From an uncultured virus (IMG/VR IMGVR_UViG_3300045125_000114) (Duplodnaviria > Heunggongvirae > Uroviricota > Caudoviricetes): a stretch of 64,000 nt of DNA. This document shows, piece by piece, positions 1 to 10,136 of this stretch; positions within the stretch are counted from its first letter, which is position 1; every line of letters begins with the position of its first letter. The DNA is taken from IMG/VR virus record IMGVR_UViG_3300045125_000114. The stretch is one strand, 5' to 3'. Under the pieces are notes generated by a model. The model was not told the origin of the DNA. It saw only the letters and a program-made list of their open reading frames with translations, and made no database searches. Made by a program: the position numbers and the translations under genes.

Positions 1-139
1 AGAAAACTCTGTAACACAAAAAAGAAGAAAGACAGTCATTGCGGGGTGGCCCATACCTCTGATTCACTTTCCTAATGTTTTGCGAAATAGTTGTTTGATT
101 GTTTTCTTGACAATGATTAGAATGATATACAAAAGTCTC

Positions 140-171
140 AACCCACACGCATTGGTTAGTGCGTGTGGGTT
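140..171 (-). terminator. Stem-loop, likely terminator closing the minus-strand gene array
   Basis: Perfect 12-bp inverted repeat AACCCACACGCA-N8-TGCGTGTGGGTT just downstream of the last array gene. Confidence 0.55.
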
Positions 172-393
172 AGACCATCGTATGTTGTATTAGTCGTTGT
201 TGTCTTCGCCCATCACCACACCGATGGTATCATCACCGAAGGTGTTGGTTGTGCGTTGGATGTTGTCCACTTCGGTGCGGCTGATGCCCGTCTCGCTTCG
301 AAGCAGGCGACCGCTTCGCCCTTCGTGTAGTGCGTGACGTAGAAGATGCGGCCGTCGGTCAGCGTGGTCTTGAAGGCTTTCATCGCAGGTTCC

Positions 394-741
394 TTATTGG
401 GTTGTTGGGCGAGTCATAGACAAGACGGGGAAGGGGCGAGTTGGTGCAAGAAGTATTTTGCAATTTCCAACTCGCCCGGCGAACACTACACACCGACCGG
501 GTTGCGTGCCATTGTCGCTTTGCGTGCGGCTTTCAGGGCGGTTGCCGTGTCGGATGTTGTCGATGCGCTTGCGGTCTTCTGGCGTTGCGACTGCGGCCCA
601 CTCGTTGAGCATTTCATCGGTCAGCGGGTAGGGCAGAACCCGATCCATCGTGCGGAAGGCGATTCGCTTGGCGAGTTTCGGGGCGAGCGGCTTGACGCAC
701 GCCGAGAACATCATCACAAGCACGAAGTAGACGTTCAGCAC
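394..741 (-). CDS. Hypothetical protein
   Basis: 115 aa ORF with GGAG RBS, preceded by motif B at 781. Confidence 0.55.
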   Translation of the reverse strand: MLNVYFVLVMMFSACVKPLAPKLAKRIAFRTMDRVLPYPLTDEMLNEWAAVATPEDRKRIDNIRHGNRPESRTQSDNGTQPGRCVVFAGRVGNCKILLAPTRPFPVLSMTRPTTQ

Positions 742-1033
742 TTTCGTTCTCCGTATGGGGTTTGTGTCGGCGACGACTAGGGTACAAATGTCGGAAAGTT
801 TAGACCCGACTGTATCCCGGTGCGAAGGCGTTCAAGCTCCTTCGTGACGGTATCTTGCCAATGTTGCCAACCGGCTTGCCATGCGTCCCGCTCTTGCTTC
901 GTGGCGAGCGGGGTTGAAGGTGTTGAGTAGGCGTCTAGTGCGTCTTCGTAGCCTTGCACAAACGCCGTGCGTAGCTTGGGTGTCATTGTGTTCACAAGAG
1001 AGGGGCGAACCTGCGCCCTCTCGTTCTTCCCCT

Positions 1034-1375
1034 TTAGGCGGCGATGCCGGTGATGGGCTGGCCGTTGGCGTCAACCCGGAACCCGTCGTGAAACTCCACG
1101 TCCCGCCCGTCGCGCGCTGACGTACCAAACGTGCTTCTCTTGGAACAGCTTGGCGGGGCTGTACTCGTTGATGCGTTGCTTCGTGGTCACGGTGCGCCAC
1201 CCGCCGCTGTTCAGGGTGTAGCGCCGTCCCGGTGAATCCTGACGACGTAGGTGCCGTGCAAGCGGACGCCGAACGTGCCGGGCACGATTTCTTCAAGGTA
1301 GGTGTTGTTGCCCAGCTTCTTCATCCCGTTGCGACCACGGGCCATGAGGTTTTCGCATTCGTTGAAGGTCAGCAT
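1034..1375 (-). CDS. Hypothetical phage protein (apparent frameshifts)
   Basis: MLTFNECENL...; after a frameshift TLNSGGWRTVTTKQRINEY...; ends QPITGIAA-stop; RBS and motif A upstream. Confidence 0.65.
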
Positions 1376-2101
1376 GTTCGTTGTCCTTATTGAGTGTGTC
1401 GGGCGACATAGACTAGACGGGGTTGCACATCGTTGGTGCAACTTAAACCGGCCATTTTTTGAGTGCGTTCCCGGCCGCTTCTTTCACGAGCAAGCAGACA
1501 CAAGCCACGAGCAGGAAGATTCTTGACATTTTGTTGTCTCCGGTGCGGTGCTGGCACCGGCTAGGGTACAAATGTTTGAAGTGTCGGTTAGCCTTTTGTA
1601 CCTTATAGCGGCTTCGAGCTATAGCCGGGTCGGGCTATAGCTCCGGGCATTACTTTTGCGGTCGGGCGTCCGCTTCGGTGGGCGTCGAAGTGCGTAAGGT
1701 AGTGGTGTCCCAACTTGGTTAGCTTGAACTTGGAATCTACCAACCGCATCCGCTGTAGCCGCCAGTGTGCGAAGCCTGTAGCTCGCTGCCCACTCGCTTT
1801 TCCCGCACCATTCGTCGGAGTTGTAGAAGGCGAGTACGTTACCGTAAGCACACTCCCAAGACGGTTTCCGTAGCTGCCTCTTCCAATAGCTGGCGGTACT
1901 CCCAACCGATGTCGGGCAACTTGTGTCCGTTGTCCTTAATGTGTGCGTTGCGGTGGTGCCGGTCGATCAGTTCCCAATCACGTTCGCAGTGCTTCTTGGT
2001 TTTCATCGCAGTTCCTTAATGGTGGGCGTGGCCCTTTAGGTACAAAGGTCTAACCTGAAGGGCAAAAGAGAAAGGCCGGGTGAGCGCCCCGGCCTTCTCG
2101 T

Positions 2102-2704
2102 TTACTTCCAATCCTTCGGCATGTTGACTTGGTAGACTTGCGTTTGTGCTTCGGCTTGCAGCACAGCCGCCGGAATGTAGGCTACCATTTTGGTGCGCCC
2201 GTCACCGGGGTCACGTTGCACCCGTAGTTCGCACGTCCCGCCGTTCTTGTTGTACTTCAACACTTTGCGTTGCGGGCCTTCGTCCTTCGTCCAACCGATC
2301 ACTTGCGCCGCCCGTTGCATGTCGGAAATGATCTTCTTGGCAACGTCAACGTGCGTCATTACGACGGTTTTGCGGTCTTGGCGAAGCACAGCGTACAGCT
2401 TGCTATTGCCCTTCATGTCACGGCCGATCTTGTTTTCCCGGCTGTGCCATGCGGTGAAGCGGTCGAACACTTCAAAGAGCAAGTCGTCGCCGGTTTCCCG
2501 GTACTTGATTTGAACCGCCGTGCGCTTCGTGCCCTCGACTAACCAGCGGTCAACCTTGAACGTCTTGTCTTCCACGTCGGTAGCGTCTTCCAGCTTCACG
2601 CCACACTGTTCGATGAGGGCATCAGCGATTTGTGCCTCACGGTTCTTCCCGTGCTTGACACGCTCGTGGGCTTCCAGAAACCGGGTCGCAACTTGAGTCG
2701 TCAT
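2102..2704 (-). CDS. Putative PD-(D/E)xK nuclease-fold protein
   Basis: E...EDKTFKVD...AVQIKYR resembles the restriction-endonuclease-like active-site pattern; start MTTQV after RBS and motif A. Confidence 0.45.
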   Translation of the reverse strand: MTTQVATRFLEAHERVKHGKNREAQIADALIEQCGVKLEDATDVEDKTFKVDRWLVEGTKRTAVQIKYRETGDDLLFEVFDRFTAWHSRENKIGRDMKGNSKLYAVLRQDRKTVVMTHVDVAKKIISDMQRAAQVIGWTKDEGPQRKVLKYNKNGGTCELRVQRDPGDGRTKMVAYIPAAVLQAEAQTQVYQVNMPKDWK

Positions 2705-3353
2705 CGCAGTCATCCTTATTGAGAGTTGGTCGGGCGACATAGACCAGACGGGAGAGCGCCCGTCTGGTGCAACAAGTTTTCTAAATTACTGCCGGGTCAA
2801 CAGAATGCCTTGAATCAGGATGGTAAGCGCGCTCCCACCGGTACAGGGGCAATTGCTTCTTGACCGTGGTGAGCGTGACGTATTCGCCATCAGTGCCGAA
2901 CGGCCCGTAAACATCGGCGGGCAGATTGTTCAAGCATTTGGCGATGAACTCGGCTTCTTCGGCAGACTTCGCAGGGTGAAACTTGTGGGTAGTCATTGCA
3001 GTTCCTTATGTGGTTGGGCGACCTTCAAGGTACAACTGTCTAAAACAGGCCGGGTGAGCGCCCCGGCCCGTTCGGGCTTCACATCGCCGCAATAGTGGCG
3101 ATCAGCTTGAGTTTGACGGCATCGTGCCCGGCGGGGTCGTCCCACGAGAAGATACCGTGTTCCATCGCTTTGGCGAGTTTGGGGTCGGTGACTTTGGCGA
3201 CTTCGAGGAGTTTTTCCCACTGCACTTCGAGGTCGGCGGTGTTGATGCCCGAATCGAGGATGCGGTGCGTGGTTTCTCGCATTGTTCTGTCCTTATGTTG
3301 GGTTGGGGCGACACCGGCTAGGGTACAAATGCCTAACCGGGAATAAACAAAAA

Positions 3354-3373
3354 GGCCGGGAAGAACCCGGCCC
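3354..3373 (-). terminator. Intrinsic terminator
   Basis: GGCCGGG-N-CCCGGCC hairpin followed by a T-run on the minus strand; related hairpins at about 2074-2093 and 3048-3068; each lies just upstream of a motif B copy. Confidence 0.65.
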
Positions 3374-4672
3374 TTTCGGTCACAGCAACCCGGCAGACTT
3401 GGCTACCGAGAGGTTTGCGGCGACCGTCTGGAAGCGGTTCGGATTCCGCTTGAACTCGGTGAGGGCTTGGGCTTCATCCCAGTCGCTCGGCAAGGGTGCC
3501 GGTGGCGACGATGAGGTTGGTGCCGTCGATGGTCACGATGAACTTCGTGATCCATTTGTTGCTCTTTTCGTCACGGAAGGTGTTGGTGCCGACCTTGAGG
3601 CGGCGCGATCTTGACGGTCTTGGTCACGTTCACATCCTCTTGAGTTGGGGTTGCACAAAGCGGGGTACAAAAGTTTAACGCTTGCAGTTGGCGAAGTCTT
3701 CGGCCATTGCGGTCGAAGCGTGGTAATCGTTCATGCGGCGGAACAGTTCGGCGGTGTAGCGAAGCATCGCCTCTTTGACCGCTTGGAACAGGTGGACGTT
3801 TTTGTAAACTTCGTCGCCTTCGTGGTTATGCACCGTGTAGTACGGTCGTCCGGCGGCGTCGAAGAACTTGCCGATGGAAAGCCCGCCGTTTTCGATGAGG
3901 ATATAGCTCTCGTCGTGGTGCGGCGTCATCAGCGTGATGCTAGGCCCATCGGTGAGCGTGCCGTTACATGATTGGACGCCGTGAAAGACCTTGAAGTAGC
4001 TCGCAACGTATTCCACATCTTTGTGATTGAACATTGCACATTCCTTAGTTTGAGGTTCGCAAAATGGCAGGTGCCGGAACGGGCACACAACACCAGACGT
4101 AGGAAATCTAAATGTTGTGCGTCCTACCCCGTTCCGGTCCTTGCCGCTGACGGTGGGGACAGCCTGCTGCTGCCCCACTTACCCTGTTTGCAGGACCGTT
4201 TACGCTTAGTATTCTCCGACCGCACGAGCTATACGCTGGCTGCGATTGCCTTGCCGACGGTCACACTTGTGCTTGTGTTTACCAGCCCCGCCCCGGTGAG
4301 GGGTATGCCCACGAGCTATTGCCGCAGGGTCAATGGCGGGCACCGTGAACTTGATCGTCTTGTCTTTGATCGGGGTCGTGTTTTTCATCGCAGTTCCTTA
4401 TTGGTGTTTCGCACATAGACCAGACGGGGGAGTGCCCGTCTGGTGCAACAACTACTTTGCTTTTTCCAATTCGGCCCGAAGGCGTTGAACTTCGTCGGCC
4501 AGTTCGTCTGACCGTTGTACTTCGCACAAGAGAAGATACATCAAGTCACACTCTTGACATGAAAACCCGGTTTCGATTGGGGTATCGACAGTTACAACGC
4601 CGTTTTCGAGTGTGGCGGTGTAGCCGGGGTATTTGCTGAGTGTTTCAACTTTGTTTGCCACGCTGTCACTCC

Positions 4673-5065
4673 TTATGCCGGTTTCGAGTTTTTGACCCAC
4701 TCGACAACTTTGGCGATTGCCTTGTCCGGCGTCCCGGTGTACTTGCGGAACTTGCTCGGCACTTTGCTGCCCACGCTCGTCAGTTCGACAGTGACCTTTT
4801 CGCCTTCGGTGTAGTACCGTTTGCCCTTTTCGGGGTGAACGGCGAAGATGAAATAGGGCGAGTTGTGGAAGATGCCGTAAGTCCATTCGGCTTTCGGCTG
4901 ATAGCTCCCCACGATGCGGACGTTGGAGCAAAGGTTGTCGTCGGTGGTCGCTCCAATGACCGGGGCAAGCCCGTTGATCGCTTCGTTGGCCTGTTCGCAA
5001 ATGGCCTTCATCTTCGGGGGCACGCCGTTCACATCGGGGCGGGAGATGTCTTGCACGACAGACAT
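4673..5065 (-). CDS. Hypothetical protein
   Basis: Clean ORF MSVVQDISRP..., RBS and motif A upstream. Confidence 0.75.
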   Translation of the reverse strand: MSVVQDISRPDVNGVPPKMKAICEQANEAINGLAPVIGATTDDNLCSNVRIVGSYQPKAEWTYGIFHNSPYFIFAVHPEKGKRYYTEGEKVTVELTSVGSKVPSKFRKYTGTPDKAIAKVVEWVKNSKPA

Positions 5066-6352
5066 TTGGTTCTCCTTATTTCGAGTCTCGCAACATAGAC
5101 CAGACGGGAGAGCCCCGTCTGGTGCAACATTTTCTTTTATTCTTCGGGCGGAAGACCTTCCCATTCCGGCTTGACTTCGAGTTTGGTAACGTGGAATTGG
5201 CTGTTAGGGCCAATCAACCCGTCTTCATGTTCAACGAACAAGTCGGGGCGTTCTTCTTGCCACTGTTCAATGGTTTTGCCTTCGTTGTCTTCTCGTGGCT
5301 CGAAGGCGTGGAAATCATCGGGGACGTGATGGCATTCATCACAAAAGTGGCCGGGCATGATGCCGTCTTCTTCCCCGAAATGGTCGCAATGCTTGCAGAG
5401 TTGGTACAGAGTTTCGTCTGGCATGGCTTTCCTTATTGTTGGTGTTTCGCACATAGACCAGACGGGCACTTGCCCGTCTGGTGCAACATTTTCTTTTACT
5501 TTGCGACGAATGCCCACTTCGGAACGTAGTCGGGCGGCACGAACTCGAAGATGTTGGGTGCCGTTTCGGTCGTGGCTTCTTTACAGGTGCCGGTGAGGGC
5601 ACGTTTTGCGGCAAGGCGGCGAACGGAAACGTAGTAGAAATCGCACCGTGCGTCTCGGATGGCGTCCCACGTTCGGTACGCCGTATCTGTCTCACGAATG
5701 GCTTGCCAAATCAGGTCGGCCCGGTCGTTCTCCCACGGCAATCGTTCTTCTAGGTGTTTTCTGAACTCTCTGTTGAACTTGCACAACTCGTTACAGATTC
5801 GTCTGTCGGGAAGGCGATTTCAATTTGCCGAATGGTCGGAGCGTCTTGCAGGTCGGCATAGCGCTTGCGAACGAGGTCAAGGTCGGCTTGGAAATCGTCG
5901 TGGGCGGTGAAAACGTACCGGCTTTCTCGTGCGTCCATCAGTTCCAGTTCGACGGCTTTCGTCTGTAGGGCTTGCCGTACTTCCGGCCAGCGTTCGAGCG
6001 GCACGTTTTCGGGCGTGCCCACCGGGGCGGCTCAACATCACGAGGGCGAGCAGAAGGTCGCTTGGCGTCGGCATTTTCGTTACTCCTGTTGGGGCGACAC
6101 CTTCATGGGTACAAAAGCCTAACTTTCGAGTCGAATGTTGGAGATGTGGACAGATGCGGTGGTGAAGCAAAGTTTGTTCGCCACGTCCTGACGTGCCCGG
6201 ATTGCGAGTTGCTCAACAATTTCGTCACGGTCGGCGTCGTCGGCTACGTTGTGTCGCACGGTGTATTCGCCCTTGTAGACTTCGCCCGGCCACCCGCCCG
6301 CCTTGTAATCGACCGTTGCAGAAACGAGCATTTGCACACCCTCCCTAATTAA

Positions 6353-6426
6353 GTCTCGCAGAGCGGTTTCGATCCGCCTTTTCCGGGTTGAAAGCCCAGC
6401 GTCTTAGCCACTAGACGACTGCGAGA
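6353..6426 (-). tRNA. tRNA-Glu(TTC)
   Basis: TCTCGCA/TGCGAGA acceptor stem, D arm GTCT-AGTGGCTA-AGAC, anticodon arm CTGGG-CTTTCAA-CCCGG, T arm with atypical ATCGAAA loop; CCA not encoded. Confidence 0.8.
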
Positions 6427-6462
6427 AAACCGGTTTTTCTAGAGGAACCGGCAAACCTCCGA

Positions 6463-6549
6463 GTGGGTTCTAAGGGAATCGCACCCATCGACTTCTTCCC
6501 GACGTTTATTGTCGCCTGTGTTACAGACAGGTGTCGGGGTTAAAACCCA
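6463..6549 (-). tRNA. Atypical tRNA-Tyr(GTA)-like RNA lacking a normal D arm
   Basis: TGGGTTT/AGAACCCA acceptor, CCTGT-CTGTAAC-ACAGG anticodon arm, GGG-TGCGATT-CCC T-like arm; CCCGAC/GTCGGG stem replaces the D arm. Confidence 0.5.
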
Positions 6550-6661
6550 TTAGCAAACGGCCGGGGGCTATCACCCTTGTGGCCTGTGGAAACCGGCGGC
6601 AACTTGACCGTTTGCTGTACTAAGACCAGACGGGAGAGTGCCCGTCTGGTGCAACAACTTT

Positions 6662-7090
6662 TTAGCCAACGTACCCGGCAAGCTCAGGGGCAGCGGGCGC
6701 TACTGCCGGGGTCACGAGATTGGCGAAGACGCCCGCCAACACTTGCTTGACCTGTTCGGCAAGGATCAGTTGCACGGCCGGGGTGCGAAGGGCATTCGCC
6801 ACCATGCCGTTCACTTGCTCTTGCGTGACCTGTTCGCCCACGACGCTGCGAATCGCCTCATCAAGCCCGTTGATGTTGTCCGCTTCGATGGTGGCGTTCT
6901 CGATGGCGTTCTCGACAAACCGTTCGAGGCCGGTCACGTCGTCGGCATCGACTTCGGGCGGGTGGTCTTGCAGGTAGCTCTCGATAGCGTCATCGAGATT
7001 GTTGATGTCGTCGGCTTCGATGCGCTCGTTGCGAAGCGACTCTTCGACCATTTCCTGAATCGCTTCGGCCAGCTTGTCAGTCGCACTCAT
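6662..7090 (-). CDS. Acidic hypothetical protein with three internal (I/V)xAD(D/N)(I/V)xxL repeats
   Basis: IEADDINNLDDAI / VDADDVTGLERFV / IEADNINGLDEAI; flanked by motif A on both sides. Confidence 0.75.
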   Translation of the reverse strand: MSATDKLAEAIQEMVEESLRNERIEADDINNLDDAIESYLQDHPPEVDADDVTGLERFVENAIENATIEADNINGLDEAIRSVVGEQVTQEQVNGMVANALRTPAVQLILAEQVKQVLAGVFANLVTPAVAPAAPELAGYVG

Positions 7091-7162
7091 CTTGACCCCT
7101 TATGGTTAGTGGTGTCCGCATAGACCAGACGGGAGAGTGCCCGTCTGGTGCAACATTTATTT

Positions 7163-7456
7163 TTAGAGTTTGACGCCTTCGAGCAGTGGGGCGACCTGTT
7201 CGGCGTACAGTCGCTCGAACTCTTCGCTGGAAACTCGGCCCTTCTTGTTGCCGCCGTCAATCCAGTTGATGTGTTTGCCGGTAGTCGGCCCCCAATCGTT
7301 CTCCCTCACCACACGGTCGAAGCCGTCCAAGTGGAAGGCGACCGGGGTTTTGTAGCTGAACCACACGGTCAGCGGCCCGATGTCAACCCGTAGGGTGTGG
7401 GCACCGTAGTTGTCGCTGCTGTACTGCCCGTAGTTGCTGATGGAGGGAAGTTCCAC
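7163..7456 (-). CDS. Hypothetical phage protein
   Basis: 97 aa with FSYKTPVAF...WGPTTGKHIN; flanked by motif A. Confidence 0.75.
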   Translation of the reverse strand: MELPSISNYGQYSSDNYGAHTLRVDIGPLTVWFSYKTPVAFHLDGFDRVVRENDWGPTTGKHINWIDGGNKKGRVSSEEFERLYAEQVAPLLEGVKL

Positions 7457-8018
7457 TTTCGTACATCCTTATGTTGGTGTTCTCGCACATAGACCAGACG
7501 GGAGAGTGCCCGTCTGGTGCAGCATTTAGTTGCGAATTACGCCGCAACCTTTTCGACGGCCTTGAGGGTGACGGTTGCAGTTTCCGGCACGTTGAACAGG
7601 GCGCTGGGCTTGCCCCTTCCCTGTCGGATTGGGTCGGCTCCCGGCTTCCGTCACGATGCCCTTCGCCAGAAGGAACTTGAGCGTTCCAGCGGCCACGGCG
7701 TAATCGACTTCGTGCAGGGCGGCGAACTCATTGGTTGTCAGAATCACGTTTCTCTCCGGGTTTGGGTAACATGGCGGTGAGTGTGTCGCAGTCTTCGTGC
7801 ATCAGCTTTCGCACACGGGCGATTTCTTGTTTCGTCAGGCCGAGAGCGCCCCCGGCTTCGTTCTCGCTGCCCCAGACGCCTTCAAGCACGGACAGGGCGA
7901 TAAGAACAAGTCTTTCTTCTTCTGGCTCTTTCATCGTGTCCATTTATTTCCCCGTATTGATTGTGTCCGCAAAGACCAGACGGGACAGTTCCCGTCTGGT
8001 GCAACATTTAGTTGCGAA

Positions 8019-8273
8019 TTACGCTGCGAGCTTCGGGCGACCACGGAACAGCTTGATCTTGGCTTCCTTCGCCAGCTTGCCGAGCGTCGGCATGGAGATG
8101 GAAACCAGTTCCTTCGGCTTGCCCGGCGTCACCTGCACACCGGTAGTGGCGAGAAACTCCCGGCCCTTCGTAAGACCCATCTCCCGAATCACTCGGACGA
8201 TGGCCTTCTTCTTCGTGCCGACGAACTCGGCGGGACGACCGGGGCCACGCTTGACGGTGTTGGACTTCGACAT
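8019..8273 (-). CDS. Small basic putative DNA-binding protein (AT-hook-like GRP motifs)
   Basis: KRGPGRP and FRGRPK motifs, Lys-rich, ends KLAA. Confidence 0.55.
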   Translation of the reverse strand: MSKSNTVKRGPGRPAEFVGTKKKAIVRVIREMGLTKGREFLATTGVQVTPGKPKELVSISMPTLGKLAKEAKIKLFRGRPKLAA

Positions 8274-8303
8274 TTTCCTTACTCCTGTTGGGTTTGGTTG
8301 AGA

Positions 8304-8448
8304 CATAGACCAGACGGACATCCTTCGGGCGGGTGCAAGTTCTTTTCGTTTTTCTTTCGTCAGTCACTCGCACCGGACATAGACCAGACGGACATCCTTC
8401 GGGCGGGTGCAAGTTCTTTTTGTTTTTCTTTTCGTCACTCGCACCGGG
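8304..8448. repeat. Tandem duplication of an approximately 74 bp unit containing a variant motif A
   Basis: CATAGACCAGACGGACATCCTTCGGGCGGGTGCAAGTTCTTTT...TCACTCGCACCGG occurs at 8304 and again at 8378. Confidence 0.9.
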
Positions 8449-9515
8449 ACACCCCATTGGGTACAATTGTCTGATGTCGAAGACAGACATTTGTACCACG
8501 AGCTACTTTTGACGAAAAAACCCGGCGTGAGCCGGGTTATCCCATTGCCAGAACGATGCCGGTGATGTGTTCTGCGAGCAGTTCCAAATCCCTTTGCGTC
8601 TTGTCGTACTGTTTCCACATCTTGCCGTCGGGCTTGCAGCGTCGTAGCGCTGATTGCACCGACCGGCTTGGAACATCACGTCACGAATGCGGTTGATGTA
8701 CCACTGTTTGCGGAACCACGAGTCGAGTCCGGCGGGCGGCTCGAACCGATCTTTGCCGATGTACTTCTCAATCAGTGCGTCCATCTCGGCGTTGTGGCTC
8801 TGCCAGAACGCAACCGCATCAATTGGTTGGTCGTCGCTCATTTCACACTCCAAAGAAGAAGGCCGGGCACCTTGCGATACCCGGCCCACTCATCCTTCTA
8901 GCACCACACACGGTACAAAAGTCTAACTTTCTTCCTCATCCTTGAGGTCTTCTTCCGTCATCACGTCCACGATGGTGCTTTTCTCAATGTAGCCGCCCTT
9001 GATGTCGCTCACGAGTTCGCCCCTCAAAACCACTTCGTCGGGATCGGTCTTTTCGTCGTGATCGACTACAACCTTCACAAGTGCGTACTTAACGGTTTGC
9101 ATTCTCGTCATGATGTCGTGCCCCTTTCAGTTCTGGGGCCACATCACGATGCCGCCTTGAAGTTCGGATTCGGGCGACCGGGGGCCAGCACAGCGGGCTT
9201 CGTGCCCTGTTCCGGCGGCGGTTGATACAGCGCTTCGCCGATTTGCTTCCGTAGCTCGAAGAGGTGGCGAGCAACTTGGCGACCTTCGTTGGATACCGCT
9301 TGCTCGTTGGCTTCGAGGATGCCCAGCAGTTCTTCGGCCATCTCCTCATTCAGCATGAGCGGAATCACACGCTTGAACCGGCTGACGCTGAAGGCGGGCT
9401 TTGCACCACCGAAGACACCCCGGCGGTCAGTGTTGGGAACGTTCAAGGCTTTCTCCTTACTTGGAAACAGGGTTATCGCATAGACCAGACGGGGGCGAAC
9501 CGTCTGGGTTCAACA

Positions 9516-10136
9516 TCACTCGCCGGTAATTTGCTTGAAGAGTTCCGGGCGGTTCTTCTTCAGCCAGCACAGAGCATCGTCGGAGTCAACGTGGCACTCG
9601 AAGCCAATCGTTTCCCGCCGGGCACCGTTGTTGTACGTCTCCAGATACTCGAACACATCGGCAACGTAGTCGTCACGGCTTTCCATGAACTGAGCTACTG
9701 CGTCGGCCGGATAGTCGCCGCCCCAATCACAACCAGCAAGCGACTTGATCTCGTCGTCGCTTGCTTGCTCGAACCACTTGACTGCATCGAAGTGGGTTTC
9801 GGCAGCATGATCGTCCGTGTGAACTTCTGCATCAATCACGAAGTCGTCGTCTTCCTCGTCGTCGTCTTCCTCGTCGTCGTCATCTTCCTGATTCGGAGAT
9901 GGGGGCAGCGGTTCTAGGGAAGCCGTCGGTGCAGCGCTCAACTTTGTCCCGAACTCGTTAATCATGTCGATGGCGTTGTTCAGCGACACGACGGCAGAAT
10001 CACAAGCGTCGTCGTCAACGACATCATCGCTCTTGATGTATTCGACCGAAGACCGAGAAGCGTCGAGTTCGTTGCGAACCCGTTGCACCATCTGCTCGAA
10101 CTCGTTCTTGAGGGCAATCAGTTCTTCAAACTTCAT
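9516..10136 (-). CDS. Highly acidic hypothetical protein
   Basis: 206 aa with a DDDDEEDDDEEDDD tract; motif A on both sides. Confidence 0.75.
   Translation of the reverse strand: MKFEELIALKNEFEQMVQRVRNELDASRSSVEYIKSDDVVDDDACDSAVVSLNNAIDMINEFGTKLSAAPTASLEPLPPSPNQEDDDDEEDDDEEDDDFVIDAEVHTDDHAAETHFDAVKWFEQASDDEIKSLAGCDWGGDYPADAVAQFMESRDDYVADVFEYLETYNNGARRETIGFECHVDSDDALCWLKKNRPELFKQITGE

Noticed and set aside
2738..2774. Motif A as a sigma70 promoter or intrinsic terminator
   Set aside because: TTGCAC lies about 23 nt from the TATG-containing box (too far) with no conserved TAnnnT, and no U-tract follows the stem on the sense strand.
6428..6460. preQ1-I riboswitch
   Set aside because: The pseudoknot architecture is similar, but the ligand-pairing C before the P1 3' strand is missing and it precedes a tRNA, not a queuosine gene.
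9843..9881. 15-bp tandem repeat
   Set aside because: It simply encodes the D/E tract of the acidic protein.
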